From the NCBI GenBank assembly GCA_964357615.1, contig CAYHMC010000002.1, positions 7,481-71,480 of the forward strand: DNA of 64,000 nt, in the 5' to 3' direction. The position numbers and the translations under genes are program-made. How positions within the stretch are numbered: the stretch's first letter is position 1; each line of letters begins with the position of its first letter. Below are positions 30,330 through 39,040 of the stretch, in pieces. This DNA is from an uncultured Candidatus Saccharibacteria bacterium (GTDB lineage: Bacteria; Patescibacteriota; Minisyncoccia; UBA6257; JACOXY01). The notes below the pieces were generated by a model. It was not told where the DNA came from and searched no databases. It saw nothing but the letters and a program-made list of their open reading frames with translations.

Positions 30330-30707
30330 CTAATTATTTTTTTCAAGTGTGCTTCTAACTTTTTCAATTACATCATCTAAGTTTAGGGTTGCTTTAACTA
30401 AATAAAATGCTGGCTCGTATTTTGTAACATCAGCCATTATTTTATCATCAGGAACTCGATTTGTAAGAACAATAATTTTAAATTTTTTACCAACTGCGTC
30501 AGCGCGAAGTTTTTCCATAACTTCCAATCCGCTCATTTTAGGCATAAGCAAATCAAGAAGTATTAAATCTGGTTTTTCTGCAAGCGCTACAGCCAAACCC
30601 TCTTGTCCATCTTTGGCTTCAAGAACTTCAAATCCCTCGTTTAATAATGTATCAACTAAAGCAGTCCTAAGCGGAGTCTCATCTTCAACTATTAATATTT
30701 TTGCCAT
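30330..30707 (-). CDS. Single-domain response regulator
   Basis: ILIVEDE, PDLILLDLLMPKMSG, VLTN, YLVK. Confidence 0.93.
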   Translation of the reverse strand: MAKILIVEDETPLRTALVDTLLNEGFEVLEAKDGQEGLAVALAEKPDLILLDLLMPKMSGLEVMEKLRADAVGKKFKIIVLTNRVPDDKIMADVTKYEPAFYLVKATLNLDDVIEKVRSTLEKNN

Positions 30708-30711
30708 AAAT

Positions 30712-31974
30712 TTATATCTCTGTTGTAGTTTCTATGACCTTTGTACCAGAACGCGATTTCATTCCGCTAAGTGGGATTGAAACATAAAAAGCTGTGCCAC
30801 ACTCTTCTTCGGTTCCATCTTCGCGCTTACGAACCGCTACTGGCGACTTAAAGCTAATTGTACCACCAGACGCTTCTACTGTCGACTTAACGATATAAAG
30901 GCCCAAACCATTCCCTTCTATGTCTTTTGTTTTTACATTATCAGCCCTATACATCTTTTCAAAAATCTTATGTTGCTCTCTTTGGGGTATACCATAACCA
31001 GTGTCAGAAATAATTATCAATGCATTTCCTTCATCCCTTCCAATTTCTAATGTTACTTTCCCTTTGTCGGGTGTATATTTTACTGCATTTGAAAGAATAT
31101 TTTGAAATACCATCCAAATAATTTTTGGATCTGCATTTAATGAAGGAGGTGCATTATCATAATTCTTTTCAAGAACAATATTTTTTTCCTGAATTTTTGC
31201 TGTAAGCTCACTTAAAACACCTTCGGCGATTCCCGGCAAACTAATAACCTCGGGCACAATTGAATATGTTCCCATTTCAATGCGAGACACATCAAGAAGA
31301 GCATTCACGAGATTAATAACCCTCTTCACGCTTAATTCAATTTCTTCTAAATATTGAGCTTGCTTGTGATTTAACTCACCAACGCGACTAGACAAAAGCA
31401 TTTGTGCATACCAATTTATAATAGAAAGTGGGGTATTTAATTGATGGGATACGAGCGACACGAATTCACCGCGAACCCTATCTGATTCCATTCTCTCTGC
31501 TATGTCTTGATGTATAGAACCATAATATAAAACCCTTTCTGCAGATTTTATAGGAAATACAGAAAAATGTGTTTCGTATTCCGCTCCATCTTTTTTTCTA
31601 TTTATTATTTCTTCAGTCACAAAAGATTCACCAGAATTTAATTTATCCCACATTCTCTTAAACACAACTATGGGAGTTCTTGCACTTCTAAGAATTCTCG
31701 GGCTCTTGCCTTGAACTTCAGTTAAACTAAAGCCGGTTAATTTTTCCCAAGCATGATTTACATAAACAATGTTCCCATCCAAATCTGTAACTAGTGTTGC
31801 TTCGGTGGACGCCTCAATAAGCGTCTGAAAAATAGGCTCAGAATTTCCCTCGCTTCCACGAGATGTTAGAAGGTCACGAAGGTCAGAAAGAGCTTTATCT
31901 CTTTCGTTTTTTACTGATTGAAGCGCTTTGTACAACTCTCCAATTCCTTTATCGTCAGAAGTAAATTCTTCCAT
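30712..31974 (-). CDS. Cytoplasmic PAS-domain histidine kinase
   Basis: PAS (YVNHAWEKLTGF, NRKKDG), SHQLNTPL H box, NAVKYT, DTGYGI, GNGLGL; no TM. Confidence 0.93.
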   Translation of the reverse strand: MEEFTSDDKGIGELYKALQSVKNERDKALSDLRDLLTSRGSEGNSEPIFQTLIEASTEATLVTDLDGNIVYVNHAWEKLTGFSLTEVQGKSPRILRSARTPIVVFKRMWDKLNSGESFVTEEIINRKKDGAEYETHFSVFPIKSAERVLYYGSIHQDIAERMESDRVRGEFVSLVSHQLNTPLSIINWYAQMLLSSRVGELNHKQAQYLEEIELSVKRVINLVNALLDVSRIEMGTYSIVPEVISLPGIAEGVLSELTAKIQEKNIVLEKNYDNAPPSLNADPKIIWMVFQNILSNAVKYTPDKGKVTLEIGRDEGNALIIISDTGYGIPQREQHKIFEKMYRADNVKTKDIEGNGLGLYIVKSTVEASGGTISFKSPVAVRKREDGTEEECGTAFYVSIPLSGMKSRSGTKVIETTTEI

Positions 31975-32091
31975 ATTATATTGTAACAAATTAACTATCG
32001 TATCTCTATAAATTTATCTAATACTAATAATTGACCCGATATAATTTGTGAGCTATCTTAATCTTAGCTCTTGATAATATCGGAGGGTTAG

Positions 32092-32430
32092 ATGAAAAAA
32101 TTAGTTCGAAAAACGACTCTTTATATTTGCGAGGTATGTAAAACTGAATACACCAAGAAAAAAGATGCTTTAAAATGTGAGGCAAAATTATTAGAAAGAA
32201 AAGTTTTTCACGCTGGTGATATAGTTAGAAACAAAAATAAACGAACTTGCTCCCAGAAAATGAAAAAGTATATATTAAAAGGTAAAGTTGTTAGAGTACT
32301 TGGACCAATATCAATATCGGATAATAGAAATCATATTTTTCAATATGAAATTAAATACATATGTCCAGCGTGCAATCAAGAAAAACAAGCCCTTTATAAC
32401 GCCTCAGAATTAAAATTAATTCCCCGATGA
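32092..32430 (+). CDS. Hypothetical basic Cys-rich protein
   Basis: CEVC and CPAC; promoter TTGACC-17-TATCTT (32031-32059), GGAGGG SD, terminator 32424-32448. Confidence 0.7.
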   Translation: MKKLVRKTTLYICEVCKTEYTKKKDALKCEAKLLERKVFHAGDIVRNKNKRTCSQKMKKYILKGKVVRVLGPISISDNRNHIFQYEIKYICPACNQEKQALYNASELKLIPR

Positions 32431-32550
32431 TGTTCTCATCGGTTTTTTATTATCTAATAAAATGTTTTAATAAAAATATGGAGCAGAAAAATTTAAAAAA
32501 TATATCCCTTACAAAGTTAAATTCACTTAATGCTTTTAATAAAATAGAAT

Positions 32551-33459
32551 ATGAGAATTGAATCACTTGTTAAAAATAAAGCCAAAAAATATACTAATCA
32601 CGATCTACTTCGTGCGGGATATATTCCTCTTGATAAGTCATGGATAATTCGCATGGGTGTCTTAGACATCATAAATGGATATGATGATATAAAAAAATTT
32701 CTAAGCGAACAAGATATGCTTAGCGACGATCTTTTGGCTTTAAAACGAGCATATGAAAGCTGGGATACAAATCGACCAATAAATGTCGGTGAATCTGGAA
32801 CCTTATTTCGCTTTCTTCAATTTGCTTCATGGAAATTAAAACTAAATAAAAAATTTGTTTTGTGTGGAACACTCAAAAAAAGAAATGTTATAAGAAATAA
32901 AAACATTATAAATCTTTCTTTGGATAAACTACTAAAATTAGATAGTGGAACTTCGCAATGGGCATCAGCTTCTGTTTTGCTTGGTAATAAGAAAAAAATT
33001 AAGAATAAACCCTATAAATTAAAGGCTACATATGAAGCTCTAGGGCACTGGGAAAAACAAAGAAATAAACATATCGCCTGGAAACCAAAGTATGACGAAA
33101 CCATACTTAGACAAACTCAAACTTTTCTAAAATTAATTAAGGGGCGAAAAGTGAAATTTAAACCACAACAAGCCGAGGATTATTGCTTTGCCAGAGTTTT
33201 TGATTTTATTTCAAAAAAAGAAGGTGAGAGAAAATGGCCAAGTTTACGCAATCACGAAAGCGACAGAATAACTGAAATGGAAAAAATGATGGGAAACGCG
33301 AAGCTTAATAAAGTTATCAATTCTCGCGATCACAGAGCGGTACAAGCTATAGTTATGTGGAGTAAAATTAATAAAGTTTCTGTAAAAATTAAACATCCTG
33401 ATGCCGTGAATAAAAGCTGGCCACAATTTTGGAACTTTATTAAATCAGTTTCAATTTAA
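32551..33459 (+). CDS. Shortened EPSP synthase (AroA)-like enolpyruvyl transferase homolog
   Basis: IPLDKSW, NVGESGTLFRFL, TSQWASA, LRNHESDRI, DHR, AVNKSWPQFW in AroA order; only 302 aa. Confidence 0.72.
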   Translation: MRIESLVKNKAKKYTNHDLLRAGYIPLDKSWIIRMGVLDIINGYDDIKKFLSEQDMLSDDLLALKRAYESWDTNRPINVGESGTLFRFLQFASWKLKLNKKFVLCGTLKKRNVIRNKNIINLSLDKLLKLDSGTSQWASASVLLGNKKKIKNKPYKLKATYEALGHWEKQRNKHIAWKPKYDETILRQTQTFLKLIKGRKVKFKPQQAEDYCFARVFDFISKKEGERKWPSLRNHESDRITEMEKMMGNAKLNKVINSRDHRAVQAIVMWSKINKVSVKIKHPDAVNKSWPQFWNFIKSVSI

Positions 33460-33463
33460 TTTT

Positions 33464-33823
33464 TTATTTTCTTTCGCCAAAAATATCAACTTCGGTTTTG
33501 AGCGCAAGCTCATGCGAACCCTCTCCAAATCCTTGCTTTCTTAAGTCTGCTTCTATGATTTCATGAAATATTCTTCTTTTTTTGTCTTCTATAGAAAGAG
33601 TATCAAGCATGTATATATCAAAACCACGCGTAGCAGTTGATGCACTAAGAAAAATTTCTTCTTGATTACCAGGGCCACTAATATCTTCTTTGGTAACTAA
33701 AATTAATAAAAAATTTATATTGTGATAAGAAAAACTTTCAAAGTCTTCAAACTTTAAATTACTAACTGTTCTTAATGCCTCATCTTTAAGAATCTCTGGT
33801 TCTTTTGTTTTTTCTGTTTCCAT
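33464..33823 (-). CDS. Hypothetical protein with HExxE...H motif
   Basis: FHEIIEADL...SHELAL; start placed at METEK. Confidence 0.6.
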   Translation of the reverse strand: METEKTKEPEILKDEALRTVSNLKFEDFESFSYHNINFLLILVTKEDISGPGNQEEIFLSASTATRGFDIYMLDTLSIEDKKRRIFHEIIEADLRKQGFGEGSHELALKTEVDIFGERK

Positions 33824-33932
33824 TTTGATTTTATAAAACGTAAAATGAATCTTAACCATTATATCACTCAATATTGAAAGATGTAACAATTATTGATATA
33901 AAAAGGGTAGATATTTCATAAGGCTGGTTGCT

Positions 33933-34199
33933 ATGCATAAATTTAATGCTATCTTATTTGCTTGGTGGTTTTTAATTCAAGGATTCAACACCAGGTTCGA
34001 TTCAATGGTTTCTTCAACAATTGTCGGACCATTTCCAAATTTAGCAACGTGTAGAGAAGTAAAAAAAATCTCACTTTCGAATAGCAACGGCAATGCATTA
34101 GCTACGGCCTGCTGGTCTGATTCAGTATTAGAATACAACCAAGAAGAAGATAAGAATCCAAAGAAAAAAGCCCCAAAAAATCAAGGGCTTTTTATTTAG
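33933..34199 (+). CDS. Small exported hypothetical protein
   Basis: Hydrophobic N-terminus, GPFPNLATC...AC Cys pair. Confidence 0.55.
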   Translation: MHKFNAILFAWWFLIQGFNTRFDSMVSSTIVGPFPNLATCREVKKISLSNSNGNALATACWSDSVLEYNQEEDKNPKKKAPKNQGLFI

Positions 34200-34210
34200 T
34201 TACGGAAAAA

Positions 34211-35185
34211 TTAAATATTTCTATCTACACCGTGTAGAGTATCGTAAATATTCAAAATTGCTTTTACTGCGTCTCCTGATGAAATGTTATTTTGCTTGTA
34301 AAATACATCCGAAATATCTCCCGCTGCCCAAATACCTGAAGTGGCAAGTTGCGTTTTGTGATTAACTACTACTTCTTTAAGTTTATTTAAACTTATACCA
34401 GAAATATCTTTTACTAAATCAGAATTTGGATCCGACCCAATTTCAACAAAAACTCCATCTAACTTAATCTCGCCTTCTTCGTTTGTTTTATTGTTTTTTA
34501 TTTTAATACCAGTAACATTTTTACCTGCCTGCACGGTCAGGTCGCCCAAAACTTCTGTAATCTCTGTATTGTATAAAATTTCTACTTTAGAAGAGTTCTT
34601 GGCCGCGTCTTGGCTAACTGCATCCCCTCGAAGTTCACCGCCTCGAACTAAAAGATAAATTTTTGATACATAAGGCAATCCATCACGAACACCTTCGAGT
34701 CCTGCGTTTCCACCGCCAACAATCGCAACAACTTTATCTTTAAAAAGTGGGATATCGCAGGTACTACAATATGCCACCCCATGACCATCAAATTCTTTTT
34801 CGCCCGGCACACCAAGTTTTCTCCTATGACTTCCATTTGTAAGCAATAAGTATTTTGTTTCGATTGACTCTCCACTTGAAAGCAAAACCTTAAATCCTGC
34901 CTGCGCAGGCAGGCCATCTTTTTCTCCAGTCCTTTCAATTTTTTCTACACGAACTCCATCTTTAATTTCGATGTCTTCTTGAGCTCGCAAATGAGCTTCT
35001 AGGTTTTGAGCTAAATCAAATCCAGAAATTGATTTTGTTCCAATCCAGTTTTGAATATCGGCTGAAGTTATTGATTGTCCGCCAAAACTTTCTGCAATTA
35101 ATATTGTTTTTATTTTTTTGCGAGCCGCATAAATTCCGGCTGACACTCCGGCAGGGCCACCACCAATTATTGTAAGTTCATACAT
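34211..35185 (-). CDS. trxB: Thioredoxin reductase / AhpF-like disulfide reductase
   Basis: IIGGGPAG, YCSTCD, VGGGNAG, DGVFVEIG, AAGD. Confidence 0.92.
   Translation of the reverse strand: MYELTIIGGGPAGVSAGIYAARKKIKTILIAESFGGQSITSADIQNWIGTKSISGFDLAQNLEAHLRAQEDIEIKDGVRVEKIERTGEKDGLPAQAGFKVLLSSGESIETKYLLLTNGSHRRKLGVPGEKEFDGHGVAYCSTCDIPLFKDKVVAIVGGGNAGLEGVRDGLPYVSKIYLLVRGGELRGDAVSQDAAKNSSKVEILYNTEITEVLGDLTVQAGKNVTGIKIKNNKTNEEGEIKLDGVFVEIGSDPNSDLVKDISGISLNKLKEVVVNHKTQLATSGIWAAGDISDVFYKQNNISSGDAVKAILNIYDTLHGVDRNI
34524..34541. repeat. Degenerate 18-bp palindromic insert in trxB
   Basis: CCTGCCTGCACGGTCAGG, 15/18 identical to the copy at 34896. Confidence 0.75.
34896..34913. repeat. Perfect 18-bp GC-rich palindromic insert in trxB
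   Basis: CCTGCCTGCGCAGGCAGG is its own reverse complement. Confidence 0.85.
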
Positions 35186-35235
35186 AGTGAGTTTAAGTTT
35201 AATATAAAACTCAATCTACGCAAGGAGGTTGGGAG

Positions 35236-36063
35236 CTATTTTGTACAAACTTGCCCGGGACCATCTGTGATAGTGTTGCAGGTTAAAAAATTTGGACAAT
35301 CACTGTTAGTTTTGCAAGGTATTTCACAGCTTTGAAATGCAGGTATTTGAGGCCCTGCTATTCCGTAATAACTTACACATTGCATTGGTGATGGACATTT
35401 ATTAGCGGATTTGCAGGATGAATGGAGCAAAGATAGATCATGGTTAATTGATTTAACTGAAAGAACGATAATTTTAAGAAGTTCCGAAATTTTTTCATTA
35501 GAATCATAGCCTTGCTCCCACAAATCAGAATCTTGACCAGAAGAAATAAGTACAATTTTATTATCAATCTTTCTAATAAACTCAGAACCTAGAAATCCCT
35601 CATATTCCACAGGAACTTGACCATCCAATTCAAGCATTGGGATGCCATTATAATTTATAAGTTTGTATGTATTTGCCTTTGTTAGATTAAGATTTTTATC
35701 GTCTATATTTTTCTTAAACCAATCTATTAGCGATAGATCAGTTTTAGAAATAAACAACTGTGTGGTTAACCCTAAATGAAAACTTGTTCCAAGTATATCA
35801 CCAGTTTCTTCAACATTCTTTAAGGGTTCAAACTGAGGATACATAAACTCAATTCCATATTTTTCACTTCTGTATGTTTTCCAGTTCGATGTATCAGTGG
35901 ACTTAGTGTCACTCTTAACTGACTGCAGGCTCTCTTGAATGCAAATTGTATGAAGTTCAATTTTATCTTTTTCAATTTCAAATAAAATTCGAGAACCAAT
36001 CACGGCAATAATTACCAATGTCCAAATAAATAAACGACGAGGATAAATTTTGCGAAGAAGCAT
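35236..36063 (-). CDS. Membrane-anchored exported protein, WKTY/PsbP-like domain plus Cys-rich C-terminus
   Basis: N-terminal TM, DTSNWKTYRSEKYGIEFMYP, 8 Cys in last about 60 aa. Confidence 0.75.
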   Translation of the reverse strand: MLLRKIYPRRLFIWTLVIIAVIGSRILFEIEKDKIELHTICIQESLQSVKSDTKSTDTSNWKTYRSEKYGIEFMYPQFEPLKNVEETGDILGTSFHLGLTTQLFISKTDLSLIDWFKKNIDDKNLNLTKANTYKLINYNGIPMLELDGQVPVEYEGFLGSEFIRKIDNKIVLISSGQDSDLWEQGYDSNEKISELLKIIVLSVKSINHDLSLLHSSCKSANKCPSPMQCVSYYGIAGPQIPAFQSCEIPCKTNSDCPNFLTCNTITDGPGQVCTK

Positions 36064-36066
36064 AAA

Positions 36067-36843
36067 CTATTTGTTAGTTGGTTCAAAAAATTTGAAAGAT
36101 GATACAATATCATTTTGAAGAGCTTTTATTGACTTTGGCGTTCCATATCCGTAGGCAGGAAGATTATGGCTTTGAAAATTATGTGAAAATATTAATACAA
36201 AATTTTTAGAATCAGGCATAATATAGTTATAGGCCAATATTTTTGGAAAATCCTCATTGGCGGTTGGGAACTCTTCTTCTGTTGGATATCGATCCATCTG
36301 CAGGAAAGATCCACCCTCAACCCTCAAAAGAGTGTAAATATTATTTTTAATTAGTTTGCCGTTATAATCTTCATTTTTATTAAACCACTGCGTCAAATTA
36401 AGATTTTCGTCATTTTTTTCTACAAAAAAAGTAAGCTGATCATCTATGCTAATTTCAGAATCATATTGAGTAATATTCTTAAAGGAACTTGGGTATTTAA
36501 ATTCGAACCCATACTTTTCATTGCGATAAGTTTTCCACCCTTGTACTGAGTTTGCCGAAGTAGTTGAGGTATATACTGATGAAGAAGCATTTAATCTATT
36601 ACCAACCGGTCTCCAAACATTTTGGAAATTTGGAGGGCAACTTGCATCGCACTTTGAAAGTCTACATGCCACACCAGTGCTATTTTCGCATTCTTCTTTC
36701 GTTCCATAAATTGTGGAAAGCTCTATTATTTGTGAATCCAAGATACTTATTAAGAAGATAGTGGAAATTCCAACAAGAGCTATAACTATTGCCACAATAA
36801 TTATTACTGAAGAAAATCCGGTATTTTTTTTAATTTTTAACAT
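36067..36843 (-). CDS. Exported protein, pilin-like leader, Cys-rich module plus WKTY/PsbP-like domain
   Basis: KNTGFSSVIIIVAI leader, 4-Cys module, GWKTYRNEKYGFEFKYP. Confidence 0.75.
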   Translation of the reverse strand: MLKIKKNTGFSSVIIIVAIVIALVGISTIFLISILDSQIIELSTIYGTKEECENSTGVACRLSKCDASCPPNFQNVWRPVGNRLNASSSVYTSTTSANSVQGWKTYRNEKYGFEFKYPSSFKNITQYDSEISIDDQLTFFVEKNDENLNLTQWFNKNEDYNGKLIKNNIYTLLRVEGGSFLQMDRYPTEEEFPTANEDFPKILAYNYIMPDSKNFVLIFSHNFQSHNLPAYGYGTPKSIKALQNDIVSSFKFFEPTNK

Positions 36844-36860
36844 TTAGCCTAAGAAATAAA

Positions 36861-37091
36861 CTACTTCAACTTAAGTGCTTCTTTAAGAGCAGAGCGATTA
36901 AAGCCAACATAGATCTCTCCATCTATATCTATTACGGGCACTCCCTTCTGATTAGATTTCTCAAACATTTCTTCGCGAGCTTTTGCATCTTCAATTACAT
37001 TAATTTCTTGAACTTGAAAATTATTTTCTGTAAAAAATTCTTTTGCCATTTTACAGTATGCACAATTTGGAGTTGAGTAAATTTTTACCAT
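36861..37091 (-). CDS. Glutaredoxin-like (NrdH/YruB) redoxin
   Basis: IYSTPNCAYC, QKGVPVI, VGFN. Confidence 0.92.
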   Translation of the reverse strand: MVKIYSTPNCAYCKMAKEFFTENNFQVQEINVIEDAKAREEMFEKSNQKGVPVIDIDGEIYVGFNRSALKEALKLK

Positions 37092-37138
37092 AGTTTAATT
37101 ATAAAACATAATTTTTATAGAGCAAGGGTCACATAAGC

Positions 37139-37555
37139 TCATATCTGCTTTTTTCCTTTGGTAATTAGAAGTACTAAAGCAGCAGAGCCACCAAAAAGCC
37201 CTATATCTCTAAAAGTGACGGTATCGATTCCCACAAGCAATATAATGCTTGCAAATTCAAGCGAGGAAAGAAGCGAAGCTACTAAAACTAAAATTCTTGG
37301 AGAGAAGGATACGAGAAAAATCAACGCCATGATAATTTCGCCTCCACCATGTATGCGCATATATATCTCAAGTGGAATAACAGCCGACAATATATCTGCC
37401 ATCCAACCAGGCAAAAAACCAATCCAACCGCTTGGATCTAAAATCATTCCAGAGCCGGAATATAGATATGTTATACCGAGTCCAAGCCTAAGAGACCATT
37501 CAGGAGTAAGTTTATCGAGTAACTTATATAAATATCCAATCACGATAGTAAACAT
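37139..37555 (-). CDS. DoxX-family membrane protein
   Basis: LRLGLGITYLYSG...P..W, GGGE, FRDIGL; 4 TM. Confidence 0.75.
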   Translation of the reverse strand: MFTIVIGYLYKLLDKLTPEWSLRLGLGITYLYSGSGMILDPSGWIGFLPGWMADILSAVIPLEIYMRIHGGGEIIMALIFLVSFSPRILVLVASLLSSLEFASIILLVGIDTVTFRDIGLFGGSAALVLLITKGKKQI

Positions 37556-37677
37556 ATAATAAATTATAACATGCTCTGCTTAATATAATTTAATTTTTAT
37601 GTATTTTAAAAATACTTAAGCGCATTCATATAACTTGCAAACTAGCCATGAAAAAGATAGAGTGAAAGCAATAAGCT

Positions 37678-39036
37678 ATGTCTTTAGTCAAGAAAACACT
37701 CATCCTTTTTGGTGATTTTATCTTATTTTATGCGTCCTTAACGCTAACGCTTTTTTTACGCTATAATACCCCCCTTACAGCAATTTTACCTGGCGGAGAA
37801 GGAGATTTTATTCAATCATTATATGTTCACTTAATACCTTTTTTACCTCTGCTCTTTGTTTGGGTAATTATTTTCTATTTATTCGACCTATATAGCCCAA
37901 AAACTTTTCGCAATCGTCAGGTGCAGTTCAAGGCTCTTGTAGTTGCTTCTAGTATTAGTTTTTTAACTTCCATAATCGTATTTTACTTATTTCAATCTTT
38001 TTTCCTACTTACACCAAAAACAAATCTAGTTTTATTTGCGTTTATATTTTCAGTTTCTGATTATTTGTTTAGATTGGGAATTGGGAAAATATTAAAAACA
38101 AAAGAATGGCAAACCAAAACTTTTTTTATTGGAAATTCAGAAAGAATTTTCAAAATTTATAATTACCTTAAAGAAAATCCACAGATGGGGTTTAGCTTGT
38201 CAGATTCAAAAAAAGATATTCCAAATCAAAACGACGAAGAACTCCTCAAAGAGCTAAAAAACAAGGGAATCGATTTAGTTGTAATAGATGAAGAAATTTT
38301 AGAAAGTAAAAAAGATGTATTTTTAGGTATACTTTATGAACTCTCCGATCAATCTATCTCCATAACCAATTCATCAGATTTTTATGAAATTATTTTTCAA
38401 AAAGTACCACTACGAGAACTAAAAGATGATTGGTTCGTCGAACACATTGGGGATAGCAGAAAATTCTATGAGGCCGGCAAAGAAGTAATGGATTTTATAT
38501 TAGGCACCATACTTAGTTTTTTGCTTTTACCACTTAGCTTTATTATTGCACTACTTATTAAAGGAACATCACGGGGCCCAATTATATACGAACAAAAACG
38601 AATGGGTAAAAACAACAGACCATTCACTTTATACAAATTTCGCTCAATGAAAAATAATATGGAAGGCAATCTTTGGACAGATAAAAATGATGGACGACTT
38701 ACAAAACTAGGGAAAATTTTAAGATTTACACATCTAGACGAAATACCCCAATTAATTAACATTCTAAAGGGCAATATTTCTTTCTTGGGTCCACGACCTG
38801 AGCGCGTTGAACTCGCCCTTAAATATAGTTCATTGCCTTACTATAAAATGCGCCACATTGTTAAACCAGGATTAACGGGATGGGCGCAAATAAATTTCAA
38901 ACCTTCAGCTTCGCTTGAAGAGGCATATGAAAAATTATGCTATGATATTTACTATATTAAAAACCGGTCCTATTGGTTAGATTTCCTAATTGTTCTAAAA
39001 ACATTAAAATATTTCTTTACCAGTCAAAGTAAATAA
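37678..39036 (+). CDS. Polyprenyl glycosylphosphotransferase (initiating sugar transferase)
   Basis: N-terminal TMs, YKFRSM, LRFTHLDEIPQL, GPRPE, VKPGLTGWAQI. Confidence 0.95.
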   Translation: MSLVKKTLILFGDFILFYASLTLTLFLRYNTPLTAILPGGEGDFIQSLYVHLIPFLPLLFVWVIIFYLFDLYSPKTFRNRQVQFKALVVASSISFLTSIIVFYLFQSFFLLTPKTNLVLFAFIFSVSDYLFRLGIGKILKTKEWQTKTFFIGNSERIFKIYNYLKENPQMGFSLSDSKKDIPNQNDEELLKELKNKGIDLVVIDEEILESKKDVFLGILYELSDQSISITNSSDFYEIIFQKVPLRELKDDWFVEHIGDSRKFYEAGKEVMDFILGTILSFLLLPLSFIIALLIKGTSRGPIIYEQKRMGKNNRPFTLYKFRSMKNNMEGNLWTDKNDGRLTKLGKILRFTHLDEIPQLINILKGNISFLGPRPERVELALKYSSLPYYKMRHIVKPGLTGWAQINFKPSASLEEAYEKLCYDIYYIKNRSYWLDFLIVLKTLKYFFTSQSK

Positions 39037-39040
39037 GCTT

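Noticed and set aside
37158-37559. 133-aa + strand ORF
   Set aside because: Antisense shadow of the DoxX gene
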